A stretch of 64,000 nt of DNA from Candidatus Bathyarchaeota archaeon (GTDB taxonomy: Archaea > Thermoproteota > Bathyarchaeia > Bathyarchaeales > Bathycorpusculaceae): positions 32,001 through 96,000 of the forward strand of contig CAVTBV010000009.1 in assembly GCA_963733095.1 (NCBI GenBank). The letters are read 5' to 3'. Positions 20,416 through 29,510 of the stretch are shown piece by piece (within the stretch, counting starts at the first letter, position 1; every line of letters starts with the position of its first letter). The translations under genes and the position numbers were made by a program. A model generated the notes under the pieces. That model worked only from the letters and a program-made list of their open reading frames with translations. It was not told the origin of the DNA and ran no database searches.

Positions 20416-20632
20416 GTGTCTTTCTTAGTTTATTGCATTTGAGTTTTTATTTTTAAATCTATAAATAGGTTATTCTATGCAAAAATTAACTAATTCTTAT
20501 TTTTGAAAGTCATTTCTAACACAAAAAGTAGCCTGTTGCTGTACATGAACAGCCACATACGTTTATGAGGCATGTTTCAAGCTAGAAATTGATGGAAAGG
20601 CAAACATTCAACTTTTTTTGGAGGTGATATGG

Positions 20633-20884
20633 TTGAGTGAGGACAAAAAGAAAGGCAAGATGACCGTTGAGGAGGCTGGTCGAATGGGCGGGGCTAAAAC
20701 CGCTGAAACACACGGACCGGAATTTTACAGTGAGATAGGTAGCAAAGGTGGTTCTCAACGGGCCAAGCAACATGAGGGCTCAATCGAAGCCCAGGGCAAA
20801 ACTAGCTTGGAAGAGGCAGGTCACCGTGGAGGTCAAAGAGTCAGGAAATTAATAGAACAAGGAAAAGAATATGCGGCAGAATAG
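20633..20884 (+). CDS. Em/GsiB-like KGG stress protein
   Basis: MTVEEAGRMGG...EFYSEIGSKGG; GGAGGTGA SD before a TTG. Confidence 0.88.
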   Translation: MSEDKKKGKMTVEEAGRMGGAKTAETHGPEFYSEIGSKGGSQRAKQHEGSIEAQGKTSLEEAGHRGGQRVRKLIEQGKEYAAE

Positions 20885-20941
20885 ATTTCAGAGCATTCTT
20901 AAAATTTCTAAGGTTGATTTTTCAAACAGAAGGTGAACCGT

Positions 20942-21162
20942 ATGGCTGATGAAAGAAGAAAAGGCCAAATGAGTGTTGAAGAGGCAGGACATTTAGGCGG
21001 CCAAAAAGGTGGACAAGAACCGCTGAGACTAATGGCCGCAAATTCTGCGAAGAAATAGGGCATAAAGGTGGGCAAAAAATTCGCCGGATTGTCCGAGAAG
21101 GGAAAGAACACGACGAAGAATCGGCAACTTGGTGTATAGTGTCGTTTTTTCAATTGCCCTAA
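20942..21162 (+). pseudogene. Em/GsiB-like KGG gene, frameshifted
   Basis: MADERRKGQMSVEEAGHLGGQKGGQ, then in a shifted frame TAETNGRKFCEEIGHKGGQKIRRIVREGKEH. Confidence 0.75.
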
Positions 21163-21188
21163 AAATTTTTGTTTGGAGGTGAAAAACT

Positions 21189-21470
21189 ACGAGTAAACAA
21201 GGAATAACAACTAAACGTAGTGGAATCGGTCAAGGTAGAGGAAATAGACAGCAATATACTGATAGGAGCGGAAGGTCTGGACGTGTTAGCCCAGCAATAG
21301 TGTTAAAGTACTTGGCTGGCATGCATTTTCCAGCTGAAAAAAAGAAACTGGTTGATAACGCCCAAAACAAAGACGCGCCAAACGACGTTCTAAACCTGAT
21401 AAATAAGTTACCTGACAAGACATACACGTCCCCCATAGACATAACAAAGGAAATCGGAAAAATCGAATAG
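21189..21470 (+). CDS. DUF2795-family protein with apparent ACG start
   Basis: SPAIVLKYLAGMHFPAEKKKLVDNAQNKDAPNDVLNLINKLPDKTYTSPIDI; GGAGGTGA SD 6 nt before ACG. Missed by the ORF track. Confidence 0.8.
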   Translation, partial: TSKQGITTKRSGIGQGRGNRQQYTDRSGRSGRVSPAIVLKYLAGMHFPAEKKKLVDNAQNKDAPNDVLNLINKLPDKTYTSPIDITKEIGKIE

Positions 21471-21647
21471 ATAACTCACAAAGTGTCTGCTTTCCGAATT
21501 TATTTTTTTGACAGTCGTAGGCAGTTTACTGTGTTTGCTTGATGGGTTTATGATTGCTTCTTTGATCCACATATGCTCAAGGACTATTTTAGGAAACTAT
21601 ACGTAAATAGGTTTTTTCCAGCTATGGGCGGAGAGATGATTTTGGAA

Positions 21648-21823
21648 ATGAAAAATGAGGAAGGGCAGAGGATGACTCGGCAGGAGGCTGGTAGGAAAGG
21701 TGGCGAGAAGGCGCGCGGGAAAGAGGAGCGGAGTTATACAGAAGGGTTGGTCGCAAGGGCGGTGAGACAGTGGTTGAGGTGTGTGGGTCAGAGTTCTACA
21801 GGCAAATTGGCTGTAGGGGCTGA
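21648..21823 (+). pseudogene. Degenerate KGG-repeat gene
   Basis: MTRQEAGRKGGEK, then in a shifted frame ELYRRVGRKGGETV...EFYRQIGCRG-stop. Confidence 0.7.
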
Positions 21824-22005
21824 GAAAGCAGGAGAAGCGTAAACCGGACTGATAGAACTAAAGGTGGAGGTAGCAAAAGATTTTGGTCACCAGCACATGA
21901 ACGCAAATAAAATATGGTGTCCATAATTGTTCTCTTTTTCACAGGGTAGATCTAAAGATTGGTTGAACAAAATGTTGAAATAACATTATCGTCTATTTTT
22001 TGTTT

Positions 22006-22452
22006 ATGAAGAAAGTACTTGTTCTATATTATAGCCGAACAGGCAACACTGAAAAAATGGCAAACGCCGTTGCAGAGGGCCTTCAAAGCGGCGGCAAAAG
22101 CGTCGAAGTAGAATTAAGTTATCATGTAGACGCTGAAAACTTGGGTGTTTATGATGCTATTATAGTGGGGGCTCCAACCTACCATCATGACATGCCCATT
22201 GACTTTAAGAACCTATTCGAGCAAGCTGCTGTACAGGGTTTGAATTTGAAAGGTAAGATAGGTGCAGCGTTTGGTTCTTATGGCTGGAGCGGTGAAGCGC
22301 CAAAACTGATTTTGGAAATTTTGAAGAACAAGTTTGAGATGCAAGTGGTTGAGTTGCCTTTACTTTCAAAGTACACTCCAGACCAAACCATAGTCAACGC
22401 TTGCCGGGAACTTGGAAAACGGGTTTCCGAAAGCTTGATGAATCAGGCTTAA
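22006..22452 (+). CDS. Flavodoxin-domain protein
   Basis: YYSRTGNTEKMA, GAPTY and AFGSYGWSG motifs. Confidence 0.9.
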   Translation: MKKVLVLYYSRTGNTEKMANAVAEGLQSGGKSVEVELSYHVDAENLGVYDAIIVGAPTYHHDMPIDFKNLFEQAAVQGLNLKGKIGAAFGSYGWSGEAPKLILEILKNKFEMQVVELPLLSKYTPDQTIVNACRELGKRVSESLMNQA

Positions 22453-22477
22453 CAATTAGCCTTAGGAGAAACTGTTT

Positions 22478-22966
22478 ATGGAAAAAAAGAAGGATAATGA
22501 CCTCCTAGATTTCTTGAAGAATCAAGTTACTGTTGAAAACGAAATAGTGTCCTCGCTCGAGAACGCGCTCGTCGACATGAAGAATCCTGCAGTTAAAGGA
22601 GTCTTGAAGGGTGTTTCTTTGGATTCTGTAAAGCACGCAGAGCTTTATTCAGCAGCCATTACCCTGTTGACACAGGCTTCTACAGCCTTAAATCAGGGCA
22701 ATCTTGATGAACAAAGGGAACTTATAAAAAAGCACATCGAGATTGAAGCAAAACTAATCAAGGTACTCCAAGAGAAAATACCGAAAATTGAAAATGAAAA
22801 AGTTGTGTTCCTTCTAAAAGCCATACTGGAAGATGAATGCAGGCACCATGCGATGCTTAAGATGGTTTTAGAAATAATCGTTCAGGGCGAAACCATAACA
22901 GAAGCTGACTGGTGGAAGATGCTCTGGGAAAACGTGCCGTTTCACGGCGCTCCCGGCGGCGGGTAA
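22478..22966 (+). CDS. Ferritin-like (rubrerythrin-type four-helix) protein
   Basis: DSVKH and DECRHH diiron-type motifs. Confidence 0.8.
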   Translation: MEKKKDNDLLDFLKNQVTVENEIVSSLENALVDMKNPAVKGVLKGVSLDSVKHAELYSAAITLLTQASTALNQGNLDEQRELIKKHIEIEAKLIKVLQEKIPKIENEKVVFLLKAILEDECRHHAMLKMVLEIIVQGETITEADWWKMLWENVPFHGAPGGG

Positions 22967-22984
22967 ACAAAAAATGGGGTTTAA

Positions 22985-23989
22985 CTAAGCGTTATCACTG
23001 CAGTTGATAATTTGCTGTGAAGAACTCCATGTTTCATCCACTATCTGCTGAAGCTCAGCCAGTACACTGGCTAACATCTCTCCTTTACATGTTAAACCGT
23101 AAGCTTTAGGCGTTTTTCTTATGAACACGAGTTTTTTGCCTTTTAACCCTCGAAGATACTTGTAGGTTCTCCTCAATGAGAGCCCTGTCTCTTTAGCAAG
23201 TTTTCCTGCAGATATGCCTTCATTTGGTAGGGTGTCGTAGACTTTCCGTTCGGTTTCCGTGAAGGTTTCTTTGCATGGGTCGCGTTTGGATTTGAAGAAG
23301 AATATGTAATCTCTCTCTTCGGGAGTTTCTATTAGACCAACAGAGCGTAAACGTTTTAGGATTCGTGATGCAATCTTTGAGGAGATTAAGTTTTCGATTT
23401 CCTCAAAAGTTTTGGGACCAGACAGAAGTGCTCTTAGAAGAGTTTCTTCGTAGCATTCAGAATGGGCTGGAAGTATCTCTGCAAATTCAGGGAAAGCTCC
23501 AAGCAAGTTTGTTAGACGACCACCGAAGGTGGTGGCGTAGTATTCATCCCGTGATTCAGTCGCTAATCCAACAGCCATTAGGGGTTGAAGGTATTCTTCG
23601 TTTATTGTGTCTTGGCTGTGTGTATGCCCGGTTTTCTTTAGTTCTTGCTGAAGTTGGCTAACCGAGTACCTACCGTTAACTATGGCTTTTAGGATGTGAA
23701 GTCGTGTCTCATTTTTGAGGACATTGAATAATTCTTTTATGTAGTTGGGGTTGTCCATGGTTTCGCGAAGTTTGCGGAGTTCGTTTTTTAGTTTGTAAAC
23801 TTGGCAGCGGGTTATGCATTCTAGGGGTGATGTGGGTGCGCAGTTTCTACATTCAGCGTCCAGTGTCTTTAGCATTGATACTAAGTCCCGGTTTTCGCTG
23901 TTTCGGGTTGGTTGTAGGACGTTACCCATTTGTTTGTTCTCCTTGTTAGCGTGTTTTTGGCGGTTTTGTGATTCTGTGGTTGGGTGCAA
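22985..23989 (-). CDS. Multi-wHTH DNA-binding protein with N-terminal Cys cluster
   Basis: CRNC-x7-CITRC followed by three wHTH-like segments; start position uncertain. Confidence 0.75.
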   Translation of the reverse strand: MHPTTESQNRQKHANKENKQMGNVLQPTRNSENRDLVSMLKTLDAECRNCAPTSPLECITRCQVYKLKNELRKLRETMDNPNYIKELFNVLKNETRLHILKAIVNGRYSVSQLQQELKKTGHTHSQDTINEEYLQPLMAVGLATESRDEYYATTFGGRLTNLLGAFPEFAEILPAHSECYEETLLRALLSGPKTFEEIENLISSKIASRILKRLRSVGLIETPEERDYIFFFKSKRDPCKETFTETERKVYDTLPNEGISAGKLAKETGLSLRRTYKYLRGLKGKKLVFIRKTPKAYGLTCKGEMLASVLAELQQIVDETWSSSQQIINCSDNA

Positions 23990-24013
23990 AACAGGTGTTG
24001 TGGTCTGCTAACC

Positions 24014-24058
24014 GTCATGACACGCGTCATAAATTATGACATGCGACATATTTAAATA
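24014..24058. promoter_or_regulatory. Overlapping GTCAT/ATGAC palindromes plus TATA box between divergent regulators
   Basis: GTCATGAC (24014-24021), GTCATAA-A-TTATGAC (24026-24040), TTTAAATA (24051-24058). Confidence 0.65.
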
Positions 24059-24082
24059 AGTTTCCCCACGAAATAAAGGTAA

Positions 24083-24472
24083 TTGGTGCGTAACTTGATA
24101 CTACCGTGCGAAGTAGGAGTAAAAACAGTCCTGCCAGCAGTAAAAGCAATAATGGCGAGATCCATCGTGGAAAAACATGGCTTAAACGAAAAACAAACCG
24201 CAAACCTCCTCGGTCTATCCCAATCTGCCGTCAGCAGGTACGTGGGAAGAGAAAGAGGCAACCTCCTCGCAATCGAAGGCACAACCGAAGTAGTTGCTCT
24301 AATCGAACAAATGGCCACCCACATAGTAAAATACCCAGACAACCGAATAGAATTCCTAAAACTCTTCTGCCAAACCTGCCAAACAATCAGGGAAAAAGGC
24401 TTAATGTGCACCCACTGCCAAAAAGAAATGCCCCCAGAATGGTCAGAAAAATGCCTGTTCTGCCGAGAATAA
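24083..24472 (+). CDS. HTH regulator (COG2522-like) with C-terminal Cys motifs
   Basis: LPCE...LPAVKA, LLGLSQSAVSRY...RG; three CxxC pairs. Confidence 0.85.
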   Translation: MVRNLILPCEVGVKTVLPAVKAIMARSIVEKHGLNEKQTANLLGLSQSAVSRYVGRERGNLLAIEGTTEVVALIEQMATHIVKYPDNRIEFLKLFCQTCQTIREKGLMCTHCQKEMPPEWSEKCLFCRE

Positions 24473-24525
24473 GCAACAATTAATATTTATTAAAAACATC
24501 GTTCCACTGATTTTGAGGAAACACC

Positions 24526-25491
24526 TTGTCATACGACGAGAACGCATTCTTGGACACCATAGAAAAAGTAAGCGAAAGCGTAGTTAACATAAGCACCATA
24601 AAACTTGTCCACAACATCTTCTATCAGGCAGTGCCCGTTGGAGGCACGGGTTCAGGCACCATCATCGACGACGGCTTAATCTTAACAAACAACCACGTGG
24701 TAGGTGGTGCAGAAAAAATCGACGTGACCCTATGGAACAACCAGGTTTTAGAAGGCACAATCGTCGGGTCATGCGCCATTCACGACATAGCCGTTGTTAA
24801 AGTTGCGGGAAAAGACCTGCAATCAGCTCAGTTGGGGGATTCTGATAAACTCAGGGTTGGGCAAAGAGTCTATGCTATCGGCAACCCATTCGGTTTGGCA
24901 GGCGGTCCAAGCGTCACCTCGGGAGTGATAAGCGCTGTAAACCGAACAATAGACTCAGAACGCGGTCTAATAGAGAATCTTGTTCAAACAGATGCGTCAA
25001 TTAATCCCGGAAACAGTGGCGGCCCTCTCGTTGACATGACTGGCAAAGTAGTCGCTATCAGCACGGCAATCATTCCTTACGCTCAGGGAATCGGGTTTGC
25101 GATTCCCATAAACTCCGCAAGAAGCTGCACAGACAACATCCTGACAGAGGGAGCAACCAAGAAACCTTGGCTGGGCATAGTCGGCTTAAGCATAACTTCA
25201 CAAATCGCCCATTACTATGGTCTCCCAGTTGACCACGGCGTATTAGTGACCAAAGTAGCTGAGGGAAGTCCAGCGGAAGCCGCAGACATGGAAGATGGCG
25301 ACATAATCCTGCAAATAGGAGATGTCGAATTACTTAGAATTGAGGATTTAGTTGCGCAGGTTCACATAAGAAAAGTTGGAGAGCAAGTGACAATTTTTGC
25401 TTTTCGAAACAGCGGGAAACACACTTTTGAGTTAAAACTCAGCGAAGCCCATAAATTATTCAGAGGGAAAAATCGTTTTGACCCAAATTGA
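24526..25491 (+). CDS. htrA: HtrA/DegP-family serine protease with PDZ domain
   Basis: TNNHVV, DIAV and INPGNSGGPL catalytic triad motifs; PDZ domain. Confidence 0.92.
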   Translation: MSYDENAFLDTIEKVSESVVNISTIKLVHNIFYQAVPVGGTGSGTIIDDGLILTNNHVVGGAEKIDVTLWNNQVLEGTIVGSCAIHDIAVVKVAGKDLQSAQLGDSDKLRVGQRVYAIGNPFGLAGGPSVTSGVISAVNRTIDSERGLIENLVQTDASINPGNSGGPLVDMTGKVVAISTAIIPYAQGIGFAIPINSARSCTDNILTEGATKKPWLGIVGLSITSQIAHYYGLPVDHGVLVTKVAEGSPAEAADMEDGDIILQIGDVELLRIEDLVAQVHIRKVGEQVTIFAFRNSGKHTFELKLSEAHKLFRGKNRFDPN

Positions 25492-25903
25492 AATTAGCTA
25501 CTTTTTAAAAAAAGCAAAAACTATAGCAATGGTTGGGTTGTCCCCCGATTCGCAAAAACATAGTTTCCAAGTAGGTTTCTATCTTAAACGTCATGGTTAC
25601 CGCATCATACCAGTAAATCCCATGGCGAAAAAGATTTTAGGCGAAAAAAGTTACAAGAACCTCCTTAGCATTCCATTGGAAGTCCAGAAAATCATAGATA
25701 TCGTTGACATCTTTAGGAAGCCTGAGGATGTGTCGCCGATTGTTGAGCAAGCAATCCAACTAAAAAGCAAAGTTGGCAGGCCCTTAATTGTTTGGATGCA
25801 GCAAGGCATAGTTAATGAGGCGGCGGCTGAAACAGCAAGAAAAGCTGGGCTCACCGTGGTTATGGATAAATGTCTGATGATTGAGCATCATCGCTTATGT
25901 TAA
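25478..25903 (+). CDS. CoA-binding protein (YccU-like)
   Basis: IAMVGLS, IIPVNP, DIVDIFR, VWMQ.G and MDKCL motifs. Confidence 0.9.
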   Translation: MTQIEISYFLKKAKTIAMVGLSPDSQKHSFQVGFYLKRHGYRIIPVNPMAKKILGEKSYKNLLSIPLEVQKIIDIVDIFRKPEDVSPIVEQAIQLKSKVGRPLIVWMQQGIVNEAAAETARKAGLTVVMDKCLMIEHHRLC

Positions 25904-25907
25904 GCTT

Positions 25908-26771
25908 CTATATAGAGCCAAGCAGCAAAGACACAACCGTTGCGACTATAACGATAGCTATCGTTTCGGCGAGAGTAACTTTCCAATTTACCCTCGTCTT
26001 ATTTGAGCGGTAGCGCGCCAGGAATACCCCTGAGATAATAACGACTTCCCCCAACGATACAGCAATGTTGTAGAGAGGGGGCAAAGCAAGGTAGGTTGCT
26101 ATTGGAATAATGCCAGCCACAAAAGTGGTTACCCCAGATATTGTGGCGCCATAAAGGTTCGACCTATGTATTTGTTTACTAAGCACTGTGAACAGTTTCT
26201 GGACAAGCAGCAGCGACTTATCACGCTCTTTCTTATCTGGTATGTCGCTTAAACTATAATTCATCAAATTCTGCAGTGTCATGATGTCCGCTAAATCTGC
26301 GGTGATTCCGCCAAGCAGAAAACTCGAAAAACCAGTTATGGCTACGGCGCTCAAAGTTAATAACGCAGCGAAAATGAGGGTTCTGGGGTCACCCAGTAGT
26401 GTTTGGGTACCCGTTAAGGAGGCTATGAAAGCTGAGAGAATTACAACTAAGCTGGTTATTGAGCCATCAACCAATCCAGCGACAATTTCCATGATGGGCT
26501 CTTTCTTTAGTAAGAGACTTTCCCATTCTTTGCCCAGTTTTTGTCCCTGTGGTGTCAACTGCACTGTGTCCGCTTTTTCTACTATAAGTCCTTCGGCAGC
26601 CATTTCTTTTAGCGCTTTATCGAGTTCACTCATTTCGATGCAGGCATAGTTGACACAGACACGGTCAATGCGGTTTTTAAGAGTTGTTTTCTTTATTTTA
26701 GTACGTTTAGTTAGGTTTAAAAGAACAATAACTCTGATAACGTCAGGCAACTCTTGGATTTCAAAGGCCAA
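25908..26771 (-). CDS. wHTH-like domain fused to a VIT1/CCC1-like membrane domain
   Basis: N-terminal LDKALKEMAAEGLI...QLTPQG wing; C-terminal IVAGLVDG...FVAGIIP TM region. Confidence 0.7.
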   Translation of the reverse strand: MAFEIQELPDVIRVIVLLNLTKRTKIKKTTLKNRIDRVCVNYACIEMSELDKALKEMAAEGLIVEKADTVQLTPQGQKLGKEWESLLLKKEPIMEIVAGLVDGSITSLVVILSAFIASLTGTQTLLGDPRTLIFAALLTLSAVAITGFSSFLLGGITADLADIMTLQNLMNYSLSDIPDKKERDKSLLLVQKLFTVLSKQIHRSNLYGATISGVTTFVAGIIPIATYLALPPLYNIAVSLGEVVIISGVFLARYRSNKTRVNWKVTLAETIAIVIVATVVSLLLGSI

Positions 26772-26980
26772 CTAGATGAATCCACCGATTAATACTCAAA
26801 TAATTTTTAGGGAACTAATAACTTTTCGTAAACTAATTGATGAACTTTAACAGATTTTAACATTTCAAAAATGTCTGCCAAAAACTCCAATGAAGTCTGG
26901 AGTTTAGCTTAAACCTAAATACACCCTCGCTTACTGTAAAAGTAAATAAATAGGTTGACCTAACATTACAGAAACTTAGC

Positions 26981-28795
26981 TTGGTGAAAACAGTGAAGCG
27001 AACGTATGCAATCCTGTTAATTATAGCTTTCTCACTATTGATTATCTTACCAGTTGCTCTGCCTTCTGGCGTTGTTTCTGCTCAAACCAGCGGTTACACT
27101 ATTGACAGAGTGGATCATCAGGTTCAGGTAATGTATTCTGGGCACGTTGTCATTATAGACACGATTCATGTTTCAGGTCAGATAACTAATGGCTTCATGA
27201 TTGGGTTACCCTACAAGTACAGTGCCGATGTGCTGCAGGGAATAGCATACGATGATACGCATGTTTACCAGATGAATTTGGGTGTTCAACTTGGCGACCG
27301 TAGTGGATTCTATGGAGCAACAATAGATTTCAACGGAAACACTCCAAGCGTATTCAATGTCGTCTTTGTTCTATCCAACAATCTCATCTCTGAGCAAGGC
27401 AACGGTGTTGACGACCTTAATTTTCCAGCTTACCCAAGTCTAACCCAAGATGTTGGCACCTGCAATGTTACGTTGACTTTTCCCAGCACCCCCACAAGCC
27501 TGACCATAACCAAAGATGACGGCGTTATCAACGATGCTGTTTACTCAAAATCAAACTTGCCCGCTTACACATACGCTCCAGCTACAGCTAGCTTCCAAGT
27601 TCCCACAGGAACCCTGCAGTTAACCACAATAAGCAGCTTAAACCGCCAAATAACCATCGCCTCAACAGGAAAAGTAACCGCCTCCGACAGCTACCGAATC
27701 ATCAACAACTCCACATCACTCCTGACTTCATATGTACTTACGTTGCCTCTAGAAGCGACAAATATAGCCGTGAGAGATCAATTTGGAAACTTGGAATTCA
27801 GTCTTGTTGCGTCCGCAAGCGGCAATGTACAGTTGGCTAATGCCACTTTAGTTACCTATTTATCGAGCGGGCAGTCAACAGTGTTAACTGCACACTACAA
27901 TTTGCCCAGCGCCACCCTTGAAGGCGCCAACTATGTTCTATCCAACTTCCAACTCTTCCCCGAGTTCGCCTACTTCGTTAATTCGGCAACTATAAAATTT
28001 ACACCACCTGAAGGAGCAACTATTGTTACTCCTCAAGCCTCTTCTCTGGATTCATCCTCAACTTTAACTAGAGAAACCTATCAAGACACCTTATCAGTGA
28101 CAAGAAACGCTTTAAGCTACGTGGATTATCTTGCACCACAAAAGAACACCCTTCAATTTTCCTTCAACTATAACCCGGTTTGGGTTTCTCTTAGACCCAC
28201 TTTTTGGGCTTCACTCTTGGCAGTTGTTGGATGCGTAGCGGTCTTTTTCGTTAGAAGAAGCAAACCCAAAGAGGAGACATATGCAGACAGGACTGAACGT
28301 TTAGCAATACTTGAACCGTCGCCAATAACATTACCGCAACCCAAAGGAGCGGAAGTTAGGGCTGCCAAACATGCCACTGCAGAGAACATTAAACAATTCA
28401 TAGATGCATACGAAGACAAAAAACAACTAAAAGCTGAATTAAAATCGATGGATATAAAGGCACAGAAAGGAAAAATCCCAAGACGCCAATACAAGGTTCA
28501 GAGAAACGCCATAGAAGTTCGCTTAGAAGGCATAGACCGAAACATCGCCAAGACAAAAGAAACATTCAAAGGAACAACCGGCGGCTACACTGATTTGGTC
28601 AAGCAACTGGACTTGGCTGAAGCAGACCTAAATGAAGCTGAAGAAAACATCAAAACCTTAGAATCTCGCCGAAGCACCGGCGAAATTTCGATTGAAGTCT
28701 ACAAGAAAAGCGTCGGAGACTACCAGAAACAACGAGACAAAGCTGAATCTGCCATCAACGGAATCTTGCTCAGATTACGTGAAAAAATACGTTAA
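26981..28795 (+). CDS. Ribophorin-I-like membrane protein
   Basis: Signal peptide, two beta-rich domains (LNRQITI...LPLEATNIAVRDQFGNL), one TM helix, cytosolic coiled-coil tail. Confidence 0.65.
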   Translation: MVKTVKRTYAILLIIAFSLLIILPVALPSGVVSAQTSGYTIDRVDHQVQVMYSGHVVIIDTIHVSGQITNGFMIGLPYKYSADVLQGIAYDDTHVYQMNLGVQLGDRSGFYGATIDFNGNTPSVFNVVFVLSNNLISEQGNGVDDLNFPAYPSLTQDVGTCNVTLTFPSTPTSLTITKDDGVINDAVYSKSNLPAYTYAPATASFQVPTGTLQLTTISSLNRQITIASTGKVTASDSYRIINNSTSLLTSYVLTLPLEATNIAVRDQFGNLEFSLVASASGNVQLANATLVTYLSSGQSTVLTAHYNLPSATLEGANYVLSNFQLFPEFAYFVNSATIKFTPPEGATIVTPQASSLDSSSTLTRETYQDTLSVTRNALSYVDYLAPQKNTLQFSFNYNPVWVSLRPTFWASLLAVVGCVAVFFVRRSKPKEETYADRTERLAILEPSPITLPQPKGAEVRAAKHATAENIKQFIDAYEDKKQLKAELKSMDIKAQKGKIPRRQYKVQRNAIEVRLEGIDRNIAKTKETFKGTTGGYTDLVKQLDLAEADLNEAEENIKTLESRRSTGEISIEVYKKSVGDYQKQRDKAESAINGILLRLREKIR

Positions 28796-28862
28796 AACAC
28801 CTAAACCCTTTTATTTTACTGCTCAACTTTTGAAAGAAATATATCCTAGAGGTAAGACAAAA

Positions 28863-29042
28863 ATGGTAAAAATTGTTGTCGATCCTAAATGCACTGGATG
28901 CGAAACTTGTGTCAACACTTGCCCCGTCGGCGTATATGAAATCAAAGACGGCAAATCAGTACCAAGCAAGTCAAGCGAATGCTTGGTTTGCAGAGCATGT
29001 GAAGCACAATGTCCAGAAGGTGCAATTCAGGTAATCGAATAA
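28863..29042 (+). CDS. 2x[4Fe-4S] ferredoxin
   Basis: CTGCETCVNTCP and CLVCRACEAQCP; GAGGT SD before the ATG. Confidence 0.93.
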   Translation: MVKIVVDPKCTGCETCVNTCPVGVYEIKDGKSVPSKSSECLVCRACEAQCPEGAIQVIE

Positions 29043-29165
29043 ACCAAAATTTCTATGCTACCCTCTCATCCAATTGAGAGAGCTTCCCTTTTATTAGTCA
29101 AAAATTTTTCAACAATCCATTTTTTTGAAACTAGAAGAAACTTAGCAGAGCAGAAGAATGTTTTG

Positions 29166-29276
29166 TTAGTCTTCGAGGTTTAGCAAAAACTCAACTATTC
29201 GAGCAAGCTGCTTTGCTGTTGCAGTGTCGAGGGTTTGTTCTTCCTCTATGTTTGTGAGTGAATTATCGGTTTGCAT
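29166..29276 (-). CDS. Putative 36-aa acidic small protein
   Basis: MQTDNSLTNIEEEQTLDTATAKQLARIVEFLLNLED; AGGAAG upstream; palindromes in the promoter zone. Confidence 0.4.
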   Translation of the reverse strand: MQTDNSLTNIEEEQTLDTATAKQLARIVEFLLNLED

Positions 29277-29296
29277 AGTCTTCCTATTGACTACTT

Positions 29297-29340
29297 TTGT
29301 TATAACAATATCTCTGTTGTATACTTCGAAGTTCGAAGTA
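29297..29340. promoter_or_regulatory. Two perfect palindromes
   Basis: TTGTTATAACAA (29297-29308) and TACTTCGAA-G-TTCGAAGTA (29322-29340). Confidence 0.6.
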
Positions 29341-29510
29341 GCGGAAAACTGAGAGTTAATGTTTTAGCATTTTCATTTAAATTCATAAGCGATAACTTGA
29401 GCACAGGTGCATAAAGGTTACACTAATAGTGTTTAATTCAGCTTTTTCCATTGAAATCGGGTTGATGTCTCAGGTAAAAGTTATATGTTAAAACACGTTA
29501 ATCTTGCTCT

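Noticed and set aside
19824-21842. Periodic repeats as a CRISPR array
   Set aside because: They are coding KGG repeats with codon-level variation; no constant repeat-spacer pattern or cas genes occur in the window.
28692-28862. N-terminal extension of the ferredoxin ORF
   Set aside because: Overlaps the upstream gene; the SD supports the ATG at 28863.
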